From a virus, in IMG/VR virus record IMGVR_UViG_3300037155_000096: DNA of 64,000 bases. One strand, written 5' to 3'. The stretch's first letter is position 1. Each line of letters starts with the position of its first letter. Positions 46,411 through 57,525 of this stretch are shown in pieces. The notes below the pieces were generated by a model. That model was not told the DNA's origin and searched no databases. It saw nothing but the letters and a program-made list of their open reading frames with translations. The translations under genes were made by a program, and so were the position numbers.

Positions 46411-49400
46411 ATGAAAAATAAAGAACTTTTTACCCTGAATCCAGAGCAAGTAAACCTTAAGAACGAAGGTGTTGCAAAGATCAGGACCATCAATGAAAAG
46501 GAAGATCTTTCAATTGCAGAATATGAATTAAAAACCTTTGTCTGTGAAGGAGAATACCATGATGGTTTGAAAAAAATGTTGGAATACTATCTTCAAAATT
46601 ATAACAGTCCTGAACAACCAGGATTTTGGGTTAGTGGATTTTATGGTAGTGGAAAATCGCATCTTGTTAAAATGGCTAGTTACCTGTGGGATGATTTTGA
46701 GTTCCCAAATGGTAATACTGCTAGAAATATTAAGCCTTTACCACAGGACATTCAGGATTTATTTGTTGAAATAAATTTTAAGCAAAAAATTCAGGGTAAG
46801 CTATCAATTGCAGGTACTCTTCGTGATTTTCCATCTAAGGATATTCGTTATTCATTTTTGCAGATATTTCTTAATTCATTTGGTTTACCCCAACAATACC
46901 ATCATTTCAAGTTTGTTTACTGGGCAAAGAAAGAGGGAATTTATGATGGATTAAAAGCCTTGGTTGAAGCTGCAGGAAAAGACTTTAAAAAGGAAATTGA
47001 AAACCTGTTTGTTTCATCTACACTTTCCAAAGCAGTGCTTGCACTCATGCCTGAAATGGCCGAAAATGAGATGAAAATAAAAGAACTTTTTAAAGCTCAA
47101 TTTCCAAGAGTGGAAACTATTGGACGCGACGATTTTGTAAATACTATCCGAGAAGAAATACTTCCGCTTGCTTGTGGTGATAAAATTCCTTGTACTATTA
47201 TCATATTGGATGAGGTGCAACAGTTCATTGGCCAGGATAGCAACTTGGCTTTTGATGTCCAGCTATTAGCAGAAGATCTGTGCTCAAGATTTGATGGTAA
47301 ATTCCTTCTAGTAGGCACAGGTCAAAGTGCTTTAACGGATACTCCAATACTGCAAAAATTAATGGCTCGGTTTAGAGTTCCAATTCAACTTACAGATACA
47401 GATATTCAGAAAGTAATTAGAAAAACAATTTTAGATAAAAAGCCTACTGCTGTTCCGATTCTTAAAATTAAACTAGATGGCTCCTCGGGTGAAATATCAA
47501 GAAGTTTAGAAGGGACAATATTTGGTTACATTGCAGAGGACAAAAACACCTTAATAGCCGATTATCCCTTATTGCCATCAACACGTAAATTATGGAAAAA
47601 GTTATTACAGGTAATTGATACTGCTGGCACGATGGGTCAACTCAGAAATCAATTAAGAATTGTTGATGATAGTCTAAAATCTATTGCCAATTTAGAAGTT
47701 GGCCAAATTGTTCCGGCTGATTTTATGTTTTTTCAAAATACTACGCAATTAATGCAGGCGGGTTTGTTGTCAAATGATACCAATAATCTTATTCAGGGAA
47801 GAAAAGCCAGGAGTGGAGATGTTGAAATTGAAGGCAGAATATTAAGCGCAGTTTTCCTTTTGGACCAAATCATTTCCAATATTCCGGATACTGGTTTAAA
47901 ATCAAACGAAAATACAATTGCCGATTTGTTGATCGATAATCTGAATGTGAACTCTGATTCTTTTCGTATCAGGATAAAAGGCTTGATTAAAAAGTTGGTT
48001 GAGGAAAAGGCACTAATGCCCATCAGTGACGAGTACAAACTACAAACAAAAATTGGCGCTGAATGGGAACAGGAGTTCACCAAACAATACATAAAACTAA
48101 ACAACTCTGGGGACGATCAGATTCAAAGTTTGCGAAGAGAAAAGATAGTGGCTCTCTTTAAAGACAAAACCAAAGCCATAAGTGTTAAACAGGGAACCTC
48201 CCGAATGGTACGTGAATTTGAACTATGGGACAAAGACACTTTGCCTAATACCGAACATAAACTAAATCTATGGATTCGTGATGGTTGGTTTGAGAATGAA
48301 ACGACTGTGTTAAATGAAATCCGTGCTGCTGGAAATAATGCATCACTAGCTTATGCCTTTGTTAGAAAATTCCGTGACTCTGAACTAAGAACAGAAATCA
48401 TTAAATATTTAGCTGCCGGTTTGGCTATTAATGCGATGGGATTGCCTTCAACACCTGAAGGCGAACAAGCCAAAAAAAGTATGGAAACCCGTCAGTTGCA
48501 GGCAAAAAATGTCATGCAGGAATTGGTAGAAAAAATATGCGATGAAACCACTGTTTTTCTTGCAGGTGGTAACACCGTGCAAGTCGGTACATTAAAAGAC
48601 AATATTCAAGAAGCCCTCAACAGCATTGCTGACCGTCAGTTCCCAGACTTTAAGGCCAAGGCAGACTTTTTAAATTGGGGTCAGGCCTTAACTAAAGCCT
48701 TAGCTGGTAATCCCGATGCATTGAATGTTATCAGTTATAATGGAGATGTTGACAAACATCCGGTATCTGTTGAAATATTGCGGTTTATAGGTAACTCAAC
48801 TAAAACTGGCAAAGACATTCGCAGCCAATTTATGAAAGCTACATACGGATGGAGTCAGGATGCTATTGATACAATCCTGATAATGTTAAAAAACATGCAA
48901 TATATTTCCACCAACGAAACCGATTTAAAAGTTGCCAAAATTAACCAGGCTACCTTTAAAAAAGAAATACACATATTGGGAGCCAAAGAAAAAATCACTA
49001 TACGCAAACTCTTTCAGGATGCTGGTATAACTTGCCCTCCAAACCATGAAATATTTCCTTATTCCAACGAATACCTAGACAGGCTCAAAACCCTTGCTGC
49101 TAAAGTAAGTGGTGAAGCTCCTCGTCCAGAGACCATCAATATAGATTTTATTAAAGATATTGAAAATAAAGAAGGGAATGAAAGACTATTGGAAATACTC
49201 CAACAAACGGTTGACTTACAGGCAAAGTTTAGTGATTGGAGCGCAAAAGCAAAACTGATAGGCTCAAGAGAGCTTTTATGGAATGTACTGATTGAGTTAG
49301 TCAACCATGCCCCTGACGAACCTGAAATAGAGCCAATAAAAACGGAAACCAATGCCATTCGGGATAACAGATTATTACTTCAGGAACCTGATCCTATTCA

Positions 49401-49845
49401 ACCTATATTAAATGCGATAACTGAAAAGTTAGTAGGTATTCTGAACAACAGAAAGCAACAGTACAATACTCTATACGATCAAAAAATGTTTGACCTGCAA
49501 GCAAATGAATATTTCAAAAAACTAATCCCCGACCAGAAGCATAGCATTTTGGCAAAACACCAATTACTTATAAAGCCCGAAATAAAAGTCTTGGACGCAC
49601 ATGCTCTACTTAATCAATTACAAAAAGCATCCTTATATACCTGGGATACTAAAATAGCCGCCTTGTCTGGTCAGTTTCAATCGGCTTTGGAAGATGCTAT
49701 ATTATTGTCTGCACCACAGGCAAAAACATATAGTCTTCCTCGTAAAACCATCAATAACCAAGCAGACATTGATGCTTATGTGTCTGATTTAAAATCCAAT
49801 TTAGAAGTCCTATTAAAAGAATCAAGTTCAATAATATTAAAGTAA
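46411..49845 (+). CDS. brxC: BREX P-loop ATPase BrxC
   Basis: WVSGFYGSGKSH, ILDEVQQF, VGTGQS, RF...LTDTD. Confidence 0.9.
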   Translation: MKNKELFTLNPEQVNLKNEGVAKIRTINEKEDLSIAEYELKTFVCEGEYHDGLKKMLEYYLQNYNSPEQPGFWVSGFYGSGKSHLVKMASYLWDDFEFPNGNTARNIKPLPQDIQDLFVEINFKQKIQGKLSIAGTLRDFPSKDIRYSFLQIFLNSFGLPQQYHHFKFVYWAKKEGIYDGLKALVEAAGKDFKKEIENLFVSSTLSKAVLALMPEMAENEMKIKELFKAQFPRVETIGRDDFVNTIREEILPLACGDKIPCTIIILDEVQQFIGQDSNLAFDVQLLAEDLCSRFDGKFLLVGTGQSALTDTPILQKLMARFRVPIQLTDTDIQKVIRKTILDKKPTAVPILKIKLDGSSGEISRSLEGTIFGYIAEDKNTLIADYPLLPSTRKLWKKLLQVIDTAGTMGQLRNQLRIVDDSLKSIANLEVGQIVPADFMFFQNTTQLMQAGLLSNDTNNLIQGRKARSGDVEIEGRILSAVFLLDQIISNIPDTGLKSNENTIADLLIDNLNVNSDSFRIRIKGLIKKLVEEKALMPISDEYKLQTKIGAEWEQEFTKQYIKLNNSGDDQIQSLRREKIVALFKDKTKAISVKQGTSRMVREFELWDKDTLPNTEHKLNLWIRDGWFENETTVLNEIRAAGNNASLAYAFVRKFRDSELRTEIIKYLAAGLAINAMGLPSTPEGEQAKKSMETRQLQAKNVMQELVEKICDETTVFLAGGNTVQVGTLKDNIQEALNSIADRQFPDFKAKADFLNWGQALTKALAGNPDALNVISYNGDVDKHPVSVEILRFIGNSTKTGKDIRSQFMKATYGWSQDAIDTILIMLKNMQYISTNETDLKVAKINQATFKKEIHILGAKEKITIRKLFQDAGITCPPNHEIFPYSNEYLDRLKTLAAKVSGEAPRPETINIDFIKDIENKEGNERLLEILQQTVDLQAKFSDWSAKAKLIGSRELLWNVLIELVNHAPDEPEIEPIKTETNAIRDNRLLLQEPDPIQPILNAITEKLVGILNNRKQQYNTLYDQKMFDLQANEYFKKLIPDQKHSILAKHQLLIKPEIKVLDAHALLNQLQKASLYTWDTKIAALSGQFQSALEDAILLSAPQAKTYSLPRKTINNQADIDAYVSDLKSNLEVLLKESSSIILK

Positions 49846-52800
49846 TGGCAGTACTTACACAACAACAACGGAATACATTAGAATCAGCGGTAAAGCAAGC
49901 AAGGAAGATTGCTGAAGTGGGAGCTTTCAATGCCTTACATGGATTGGCTGTAGACAGTAACGATCCATTTGCTCATATGACAAGTGAACAAAGAAACCTT
50001 CGCAATAGTTTATGGGCAAAAGCTAAGCTGTTGGGCGACAAGCCTGATAAACTCGGTAATAGAAGAATCGAACACCTAACATATGAACTTGCATATGAAA
50101 CTTGGCATAAAATGCTATTCGCAAAGTTTCTGGAATCAAATAGTTTGCTGATGCACTCTGATGGAGTTGCAGTAACAATGGAAGATTGTGAAGAGTTGGC
50201 AAGGGACGAAGGCTTTATAGATAAATGGGATGCCGCGGCAAGTTATGCTTCTAAAATGCTACCTGCCATTTTTAGAACAGAAGATCCTCTAATGCAAATG
50301 GCGTTTGCAACAGATGAAAGAATAAAACTCGAAGAAATTATTGATGGGTTAGAAAACCAAATATTTATTGCTGATGATTCTTTGGGTTGGGTATATCAGT
50401 TTTGGCAAAGCGAAGCAAAGGCTGCTATTAATGCCAGTAATGATAAAATTGATGGAGAAAAACTTCCTGCTGTTACACAGTTATTCACAGAACCTTATAT
50501 GGTTCACTTTCTTATTGACAATACATTGGGAGCTTGGTGGGTAAGCCGTAATCCAAACGTAAGGCCACCAGTTAAATTTGAATTCTTAAGATTGTTGGAC
50601 GATGGCACTCCTGCTGCAGGAAAGTTTGATGGATGGCCATCTGTGACAGCTGAAGTAACTTCCTTAGATCCGTGTATGGGATCTGGTCATTTTGTGGTAT
50701 CTCTCTTTAATGTGTTTGCCTCATTGCGCATGCTTGAGGAGGGTATAACTAAAGAGGAAGCAACTGATAAAGTAATTGCAGAAAATTTGCATGGGCTTGA
50801 ATTGGATGCTCGATGTACTCAAATTGCAGCTTTTAATCTGGCTTTAACCGCTTGGAAATTCTGTGGGCATTACAAAGAACTGCCAGAAATGAATCTTGCG
50901 TGTAGTGGAATTTCACCAAAAGGCAAGAAAGAAGATTGGGTAAAGTTAGTCGGTAAAGTTTCTGATCCTGTATTGAAAGCACGAATGGAAAATGGAATGA
51001 AAGTACTTTATGATCATTTCCAGTTAGCACCCGAATTGGGAAGCCTATTAGATCCAACAATAATAAAATCAGATGTATTCATAGCGAACTTTGAGGATCT
51101 TCAACCAATATTGAAAAAGGCATTAATTGAAGAAGAAGACGAAGATCAAATAGAACGAGGTGTAATAGCAGCTGGAATAGCAAAAGCTGGTCAAATTTTA
51201 ACTAATCATTATACTTTACAAATTACCAATGTGCCATATTTGGGAAGTAACAAGATGAGTGCAGATTTATACTCTTATGCAGAAAAGAATTTTCCAAATT
51301 CTAAGTCCGATTTAGCCTGTATCTTCATAGAAAGATGTTTAAAACAATTAAATCCTTCTGGCACATTCTCTTTTGTTACTCCTCAAAATTGGATGCAAAT
51401 TAGAAATTACGAAAAGCTAAGGGGACAGATAATAAATAATTATAACATCGATTTAATCTGTAATTTAGGCAAAAAATCGTTTAGAACTTCGATGTATGAT
51501 TTTAATGTCTGTTTAGTTGAGATTTCCAACTTTTATGAGGATAAGAACATTATTGCTTGCATAAATATCATCGAAAATTCGTTATCGGAAGAAAAACCGA
51601 CATTTATTAAAACAAATACTATTTCAAAAATTAGTCAAAAGGGTTTTTTATCCAATCCTTTGAAAAGAATTTTATTAAGCGAACATTCTGATACAGATTT
51701 GATTTCAAAATTTTATGATGTAGCTAAGGGGAGTGTTTCAGGAGATAAGCATCATTATATTCATAATTTCTGGGAAGTAAATGATCATATAAACCATAAA
51801 TATTGGTTAAATACTCCCACTGAAAAAGATTTCTTTGGTGGGAGAGAATCAATTATATATTGGAATAATTCTAACATATCGAATGAGATAGGATTTGCAC
51901 TCAGAGGAGAAAAGGTTTTTAGTCGACATGGATTTGCAATATCAAAAGTGAATAGAAGAGCTTTTACATTTTATCCGGGTATTTTATTTGACGATAATCT
52001 GGCCGTTATCTGTCCTAAGAATGGAAATAAACTTGAACCTCTTTATGAATTTATTCTCTCAGGTGAATTTAGTGAAGCAATTTCTAAATTGGATTCTAAA
52101 TTAGGGATTACTGCTGGAACTTTTGGACAGGTAAATTTCGATTTAGAGTATTGGCAAAAAATCGCTCAAGAAAAACACCCCAATGGTATCCCCAAACCTT
52201 ACAGCGATGATCCTACACAATGGCTGTTTCATGGACATCCAATAAAATCAACTAGCCCGGTACAAGTTTTTTTAGCTAGAATACTTGGATACAGATGGCC
52301 TGCTGAGGATGATGCTGAAATGGAGTTGGCAGATGAAGCCAGAGAGTTGATAATATCCGTAAAAGCATTTGACCATTTAACGGATGACGATGGTATTTTC
52401 TGTATTCCTTCTGTAAATGCAGAACAAGCCGGCGTAGATAGATTGCGTTCATATTTGCAAGAAGTTTATGCAAGTGAATGGAATAATCAAACCATAATAC
52501 AGTTGTTGGCTAAAGAAGGAGCAACTTCTTCTAATTTAGAAGACTGGCTTCGCAAAGAATTTTTTATTCAACACTGCAAAGTGTTTCAAAATAGGCCATT
52601 CATCTGGCAAATATGGGATGGTCGCAATGATGGCTTTTCAGCATTGGTCAATTACCACAAATTAGATAAAGACAATCTATCAAAACTTATTTATACATAC
52701 TTGGGCGATTGGATAAGGATGTGCGAAGCCAAAAAAAAATCCGGAGAAAGCGGTGCAGAAGGTTTGCTCAGTGCAGCTCTAAAATTAAAAGAGAAACTGG

Positions 52801-53078
52801 AATCAATTCTTGCAGGCGAAAAACCATACGACATTTTTGTGCGTTGGAAACCACTAGAACAACAACCCATCGGTTGGGAACCAGATTTGAATGATGGTGT
52901 TCGTATAAACATCCGTCCGTTTATGGAAGCAGATGTATTACGAAAAAAACCAAACATTAAATGGGGAATAGATAGAGGTAAAAACCCTCTTGGTTCATAT
53001 TGGGGTGAAGTAAGGAATAATGATGAACATTTGAACCTAGAACAAAAACGGGCTGTAAGAGAAAAAGCTAAGAAGTAA
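49845..53078 (+). CDS. pglX: BREX adenine methyltransferase PglX
   Basis: TQLFTEPYMV, DPCMGSGHF, TNVPYL, DLNDGVRINI. Confidence 0.9.
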   Translation: MAVLTQQQRNTLESAVKQARKIAEVGAFNALHGLAVDSNDPFAHMTSEQRNLRNSLWAKAKLLGDKPDKLGNRRIEHLTYELAYETWHKMLFAKFLESNSLLMHSDGVAVTMEDCEELARDEGFIDKWDAAASYASKMLPAIFRTEDPLMQMAFATDERIKLEEIIDGLENQIFIADDSLGWVYQFWQSEAKAAINASNDKIDGEKLPAVTQLFTEPYMVHFLIDNTLGAWWVSRNPNVRPPVKFEFLRLLDDGTPAAGKFDGWPSVTAEVTSLDPCMGSGHFVVSLFNVFASLRMLEEGITKEEATDKVIAENLHGLELDARCTQIAAFNLALTAWKFCGHYKELPEMNLACSGISPKGKKEDWVKLVGKVSDPVLKARMENGMKVLYDHFQLAPELGSLLDPTIIKSDVFIANFEDLQPILKKALIEEEDEDQIERGVIAAGIAKAGQILTNHYTLQITNVPYLGSNKMSADLYSYAEKNFPNSKSDLACIFIERCLKQLNPSGTFSFVTPQNWMQIRNYEKLRGQIINNYNIDLICNLGKKSFRTSMYDFNVCLVEISNFYEDKNIIACINIIENSLSEEKPTFIKTNTISKISQKGFLSNPLKRILLSEHSDTDLISKFYDVAKGSVSGDKHHYIHNFWEVNDHINHKYWLNTPTEKDFFGGRESIIYWNNSNISNEIGFALRGEKVFSRHGFAISKVNRRAFTFYPGILFDDNLAVICPKNGNKLEPLYEFILSGEFSEAISKLDSKLGITAGTFGQVNFDLEYWQKIAQEKHPNGIPKPYSDDPTQWLFHGHPIKSTSPVQVFLARILGYRWPAEDDAEMELADEARELIISVKAFDHLTDDDGIFCIPSVNAEQAGVDRLRSYLQEVYASEWNNQTIIQLLAKEGATSSNLEDWLRKEFFIQHCKVFQNRPFIWQIWDGRNDGFSALVNYHKLDKDNLSKLIYTYLGDWIRMCEAKKKSGESGAEGLLSAALKLKEKLESILAGEKPYDIFVRWKPLEQQPIGWEPDLNDGVRINIRPFMEADVLRKKPNIKWGIDRGKNPLGSYWGEVRNNDEHLNLEQKRAVREKAKK

Positions 53079-53080
53079 TA

Positions 53081-55396
53081 ATGGTAAAAAGTATCTACGA
53101 TAAAGTTATCCAAGCATTAAAACAGGCCGAAAGCCACAATAGTAATTTGATGGTAAGACCGGAAGTGATTCTCTGGCCCGACCCTGAAAATCAATGGGTG
53201 GATGTGATAGGTATATTGCAGGAAACTATGCCTCAGCTGATCATATACGGCAGCTATGATCCAGTAAAGAAACAAGGCCCTGCTATATGGTTAAAGTGCA
53301 TGATTGCAAAAATGTTACCTGAAGCAGATTGGGATGCAAATGCCGTTCCCATCATTTACCTGCCTGGTGTAGCAAAAACCGATTTACGAAATGTAGAGCA
53401 TGCCGTTTTCAATTTCCAACCGCTTTTGGAGTATCAATACACCGGCACTTTATTCGTACAGGAAAACGGAAGAGAGTGGTCCATTTTGGCGTTTGTTGAA
53501 AATCCCATAAATGGTTTAGGTATTAAAGTTGCTAAAGACAGCTCCACCAAAGAGGCCTTAAAAAAAACACTCCCTACCATATTTCAAGACGGGGAGGTGC
53601 TTTCAAGCAAGACCATCATAGATGCCGATTATTTGAACAATCAACGTATTCCCGACATAATTCCTACTATACTTAAATGGATGTGCAAAGGCGATGCCTT
53701 TTTTCAAAATATGGAAGCCGATAGGAGAGAAGTGTTTATCAATCTATGCAAATCGCAATATGAATTTGAACCTGACTTTAAAAATATAAAAGCCATTGCC
53801 GAAAAACTTGGTTCACAAAAAAACTCCTGGAGATATGTATGGCAATTATATGCTACGGCCCCACATAAATACCCGGAAATAGAAGCCTTGTTACGTTTAG
53901 CCAAACCGGCAGATTTAGGCACAGGTATTTTTGCATTACCTGATGAAAGCTGGCCACAGGTAAATGAACAAAAAGAAGATACATTGGGTCATGCTCTGGT
54001 TAAAACAGCAAAACTAGATGCTACAAAAGCTCTATCTTCTATGAAGGAATTAGAAAATGAACACCGTGAAAGAAGAAACTGGGTTTGGTTTGAATTAGGC
54101 AAGTCACCATTGGCTGATGCTTTGCAATATTTATTTCAAATGGCATCAAAAGCTATGGAAACGTTTTCGTCATCATCCATCGAAGAACTTAAATTCTATT
54201 ACATTACGAATGGCTATACAGTTGATCAAAATATGAGAAAATCTTTGGCAGCTGTAAAAAGTGAAAAAGATAAAAACATAGTAAAATCAATCATCCGGCT
54301 TTTCTACCAACCCTGGCTTGAATCAGTTTCTAATAAGTTTCAAAAACTTATAGAAGCTGATGCATCTGTTTTTACTTCTCAAACGGCAAGTGTAGAAGCT
54401 GAATCATTCATATTGTTTGTAGATGCTTTTAGATATGAGTTAGCAGAAGAGTTCAGTAACCTCTTATCAAAATGTAAATTAAAAATTTCATTGCAAGCCG
54501 GTTGGTCGGCTATACCATCATTAACGCCGACTGCGAAACCTAATGTATCACCGATCGCAAATTCTGTTTCAATACAAAGTAGTATTTCCGAGTTTCGACC
54601 AGAATTGCAGAATGGAAAAGATTTACTAACTAATGTATTTCGGGATACATTAACAGCCAACAATTTTAAGTTTATATCCAATGCAAGTGAAATTCAGGGT
54701 GAAGGAAAATATTGGCAAGAAATAGGTAACATAGATACCAAAGGCCACGAAGAACAAGCTGACATGGTAAAACGCATAGAAGAATTATTTGATCAGGTGC
54801 AAGAAGCTTTAGAACTAGCTTTTGAAAAAGGCATCAAACGTATCAAGATTGTAACAGATCATGGATGGTTGTTGTTGCCTGGAGGCTTACCCAAAACTCA
54901 ACTCAATGCCGGTTTAACTGAAACCCGTTGGGGTCGTTGCGCATTAATTAAAGATGGAGTAAAAACAGATTTACTGCACCTTCCATGGCGTTGGAATCCT
55001 TCTATTTTCATTGCTTATGCGCCTGGTATAACTTTCTTCAAATCGAATCAAGAATATGCTCACGGTGGTATTTCACTGCATGAATGTTTAGTTCCTACAA
55101 TGATTATAGAAAATCCGAATTTGGTGAATATTGTAGCGGAAGTTAAAACTGTAAAATGGGTTAATCTAAAATGTACAGTGCAAACTAGCGATGTGCCTGA
55201 TGGGTACTCCATAGATATTCGAACAAAATACAATGATCCTAAATCCTCCATTCTTCTTTCTAAAAATAAGGCTCTAAAAGGTAATATAGTAACATTGATG
55301 GTGGATGATGCTGCCGAAGCTCAGTCAGCATCTATTGTATTGTTGGATGAAAACGAAAGAATACTAGATAAACAATTAACTACAGTAGGTGGGTAA
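53081..55396 (+). CDS. pglZ: BREX alkaline-phosphatase-fold PglZ
   Basis: VDAFRYE, PSLTPTAK, VTDHGW, HGGISLHEC. Confidence 0.9.
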   Translation: MVKSIYDKVIQALKQAESHNSNLMVRPEVILWPDPENQWVDVIGILQETMPQLIIYGSYDPVKKQGPAIWLKCMIAKMLPEADWDANAVPIIYLPGVAKTDLRNVEHAVFNFQPLLEYQYTGTLFVQENGREWSILAFVENPINGLGIKVAKDSSTKEALKKTLPTIFQDGEVLSSKTIIDADYLNNQRIPDIIPTILKWMCKGDAFFQNMEADRREVFINLCKSQYEFEPDFKNIKAIAEKLGSQKNSWRYVWQLYATAPHKYPEIEALLRLAKPADLGTGIFALPDESWPQVNEQKEDTLGHALVKTAKLDATKALSSMKELENEHRERRNWVWFELGKSPLADALQYLFQMASKAMETFSSSSIEELKFYYITNGYTVDQNMRKSLAAVKSEKDKNIVKSIIRLFYQPWLESVSNKFQKLIEADASVFTSQTASVEAESFILFVDAFRYELAEEFSNLLSKCKLKISLQAGWSAIPSLTPTAKPNVSPIANSVSIQSSISEFRPELQNGKDLLTNVFRDTLTANNFKFISNASEIQGEGKYWQEIGNIDTKGHEEQADMVKRIEELFDQVQEALELAFEKGIKRIKIVTDHGWLLLPGGLPKTQLNAGLTETRWGRCALIKDGVKTDLLHLPWRWNPSIFIAYAPGITFFKSNQEYAHGGISLHECLVPTMIIENPNLVNIVAEVKTVKWVNLKCTVQTSDVPDGYSIDIRTKYNDPKSSILLSKNKALKGNIVTLMVDDAAEAQSASIVLLDENERILDKQLTTVGG

Positions 55397-55408
55397 GAAA
55401 TAAACCTT

Positions 55409-57454
55409 ATGGAATTAGATAAAATAGATCAAATAGCCGCCAATGCCTTCGAAGGCTTTGTAGTTCGAAAAGATTTACTAGAACAGTTTCGCAAAACCTT
55501 TCCTGTACCTACTTATGTAATAGAATTTTTGTTAGGCAGATATTGCGCTACAACAAACGATGCAGAAATTCAGGAAGGTCTAGAGATTGTAAAAAGGCAA
55601 CTTCAAGATAGAACAGTTCGTCCTGGGGAAGAAGAATATTTCAAATCCAGAGCCAGAGAAACAGGCTCTATAAAACTAATTGATATCATTACAGCTAAAC
55701 TGGATACAACCTCTGATAGCTATGTTGCAACTTTACCAAGCTTACAATTAAATAAGGTTCGAATTTCAGCAGAATTAGTAAACACTAACGACAGAATGCT
55801 TACCGGTGGATTTTACGGTGAGATTGAATTGGAATATGATGCTGCTATTGCTCAAGAAAATAACGGGAGACCATTTGGTATCAATAGTATCCGCCCAATT
55901 CAATTATCTCAACGTAATGTTTTGGAAATACTTTACAAAGGCAGAGAACAGTTTACTTTGGAAGAATGGAAAGATTTCCTGATACGCAGTGTTGGTATGG
56001 AACCGTCCACCTTATCTGAAAAGGCAAAGAATGTATTATTTGTCCGAATGATCCCATTTGTAGAACGTAACTATAATTTGATTGAGTTAGGGCCAAGAGG
56101 AACCGGCAAATCTCATCTTTATCAACAAATATCCCCCTACTCCCATTTACTTTCAGGTGGGAAAGCGACTGTTGCTAAAATGTTTGTGAACATGGGCAGC
56201 GGAGAAAGAGGTCTTGTTTGCAAGTATGATGTAGTGTGTTTTGATGAAGTTGCCGGTGTATCTTTCGACCAGAAAGATGGTGTGAACATCATGAAAGGTT
56301 ATATGGAAAGCGGAGAGTTTAGTCGCGGTAAAGAACCTATCCGGGCAGATGGTGGGGTTGTGTTGGTAGGGAATTTTGAAGTAGATGTAGAACACCAACA
56401 AAGAGTCAGTCACTTGTTTGGCCCTTTACCAAAAGAAATGAGAAATGATACTGCCTTTATGGATAGAATACATGCTTTTATTCCTGGATGGGATTTCCCC
56501 AAACTCGACAAAAGCTATTTCACTAATCATTTTGGGTTGGTAAGTGATTTCCTTGCAGAATGTTGGACGAGACTGAGAGATATAAATCGAATAACATCCG
56601 TACTGCCCCGAATCGATTATGGAGGAGCACTGAGTGGCCGAGATACAACAGCAGTAAATAAAACTGTAAATGGATTATTGAAATTAATGCAACCGAATCC
56701 AGAATCTTCAGTTTCAGATGAATTACTTGAATGGGCAATAAAAATTTCCCTGGAGTATCGCAGAAGAGTCAAAGAACAGCAAAAAAGAATAGGTTCGGCT
56801 GAATTCAGGAACACCCACTTTAGTTATAGAATTGGTGAAAATGGGGTTGAAACATTTGTGACCACTCCTGAGATTCATAGTGAAAATACGATTGGCGAAG
56901 ACCCTCTTCCACCGGGACAAATATGGGCGTTAAATGCTGGTGGACAGGAAGAGACTACTGGGTTGTATAAAATTGAAATAAATTTTGGCCCGGGTATGGG
57001 TGTTAAGATATTGAATAAACCTGCTTCACCAAAATTTCAGGAAAGTGTCCGATATGCTGAACAGAATTTATACAGCAAGAGCAAAGAACTTATTGGAGAC
57101 AGAGAAGCCCGGGAACATGAATTTTCGATTCAGCTAAGAGCATTTGATGCTTCCAAAAGTGGTAATGGAATGGGGATGGCAGTTTTAATGGCTATGTGCA
57201 GTGCTGTTTTAGAAAAAAGCACGAGAGGTGGTCTTGTAATCGTGGGTCAGTTGAATTTAGGCGGATCATTAGATATAGTTTATAATGCCGTAAACTTGGC
57301 TGAATTAGCAGTTGAAAAAGGAGCAACAACTTTGTTGATTCCATTGAACGCAAGGAAGCAGCTAAATGACCTTTCGGATGATATGATTACAAAAATAAAT
57401 ATACAGTACTATACTGATTTGAAAGACTGTCTGATAAAATCACTAGTGGACTGA
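55409..57454 (+). CDS. brxL: BREX Lon-related protein BrxL
   Basis: ELGPRGTGKSH, FDEV, AFMDR.H, C-terminal Lon-like domain. Confidence 0.92.
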   Translation: MELDKIDQIAANAFEGFVVRKDLLEQFRKTFPVPTYVIEFLLGRYCATTNDAEIQEGLEIVKRQLQDRTVRPGEEEYFKSRARETGSIKLIDIITAKLDTTSDSYVATLPSLQLNKVRISAELVNTNDRMLTGGFYGEIELEYDAAIAQENNGRPFGINSIRPIQLSQRNVLEILYKGREQFTLEEWKDFLIRSVGMEPSTLSEKAKNVLFVRMIPFVERNYNLIELGPRGTGKSHLYQQISPYSHLLSGGKATVAKMFVNMGSGERGLVCKYDVVCFDEVAGVSFDQKDGVNIMKGYMESGEFSRGKEPIRADGGVVLVGNFEVDVEHQQRVSHLFGPLPKEMRNDTAFMDRIHAFIPGWDFPKLDKSYFTNHFGLVSDFLAECWTRLRDINRITSVLPRIDYGGALSGRDTTAVNKTVNGLLKLMQPNPESSVSDELLEWAIKISLEYRRRVKEQQKRIGSAEFRNTHFSYRIGENGVETFVTTPEIHSENTIGEDPLPPGQIWALNAGGQEETTGLYKIEINFGPGMGVKILNKPASPKFQESVRYAEQNLYSKSKELIGDREAREHEFSIQLRAFDASKSGNGMGMAVLMAMCSAVLEKSTRGGLVIVGQLNLGGSLDIVYNAVNLAELAVEKGATTLLIPLNARKQLNDLSDDMITKINIQYYTDLKDCLIKSLVD

Positions 57455-57525
57455 AGCAAGTAAAAAAAAGTATTTTTTTAGAGTGATAAGACCAATAATA
57501 ACAAAAAAATAATTAAGGTATAAAA

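Noticed and set aside
47014-56920. Short minus-strand ORFs within BREX
   Set aside because: Fully antisense to long BREX genes
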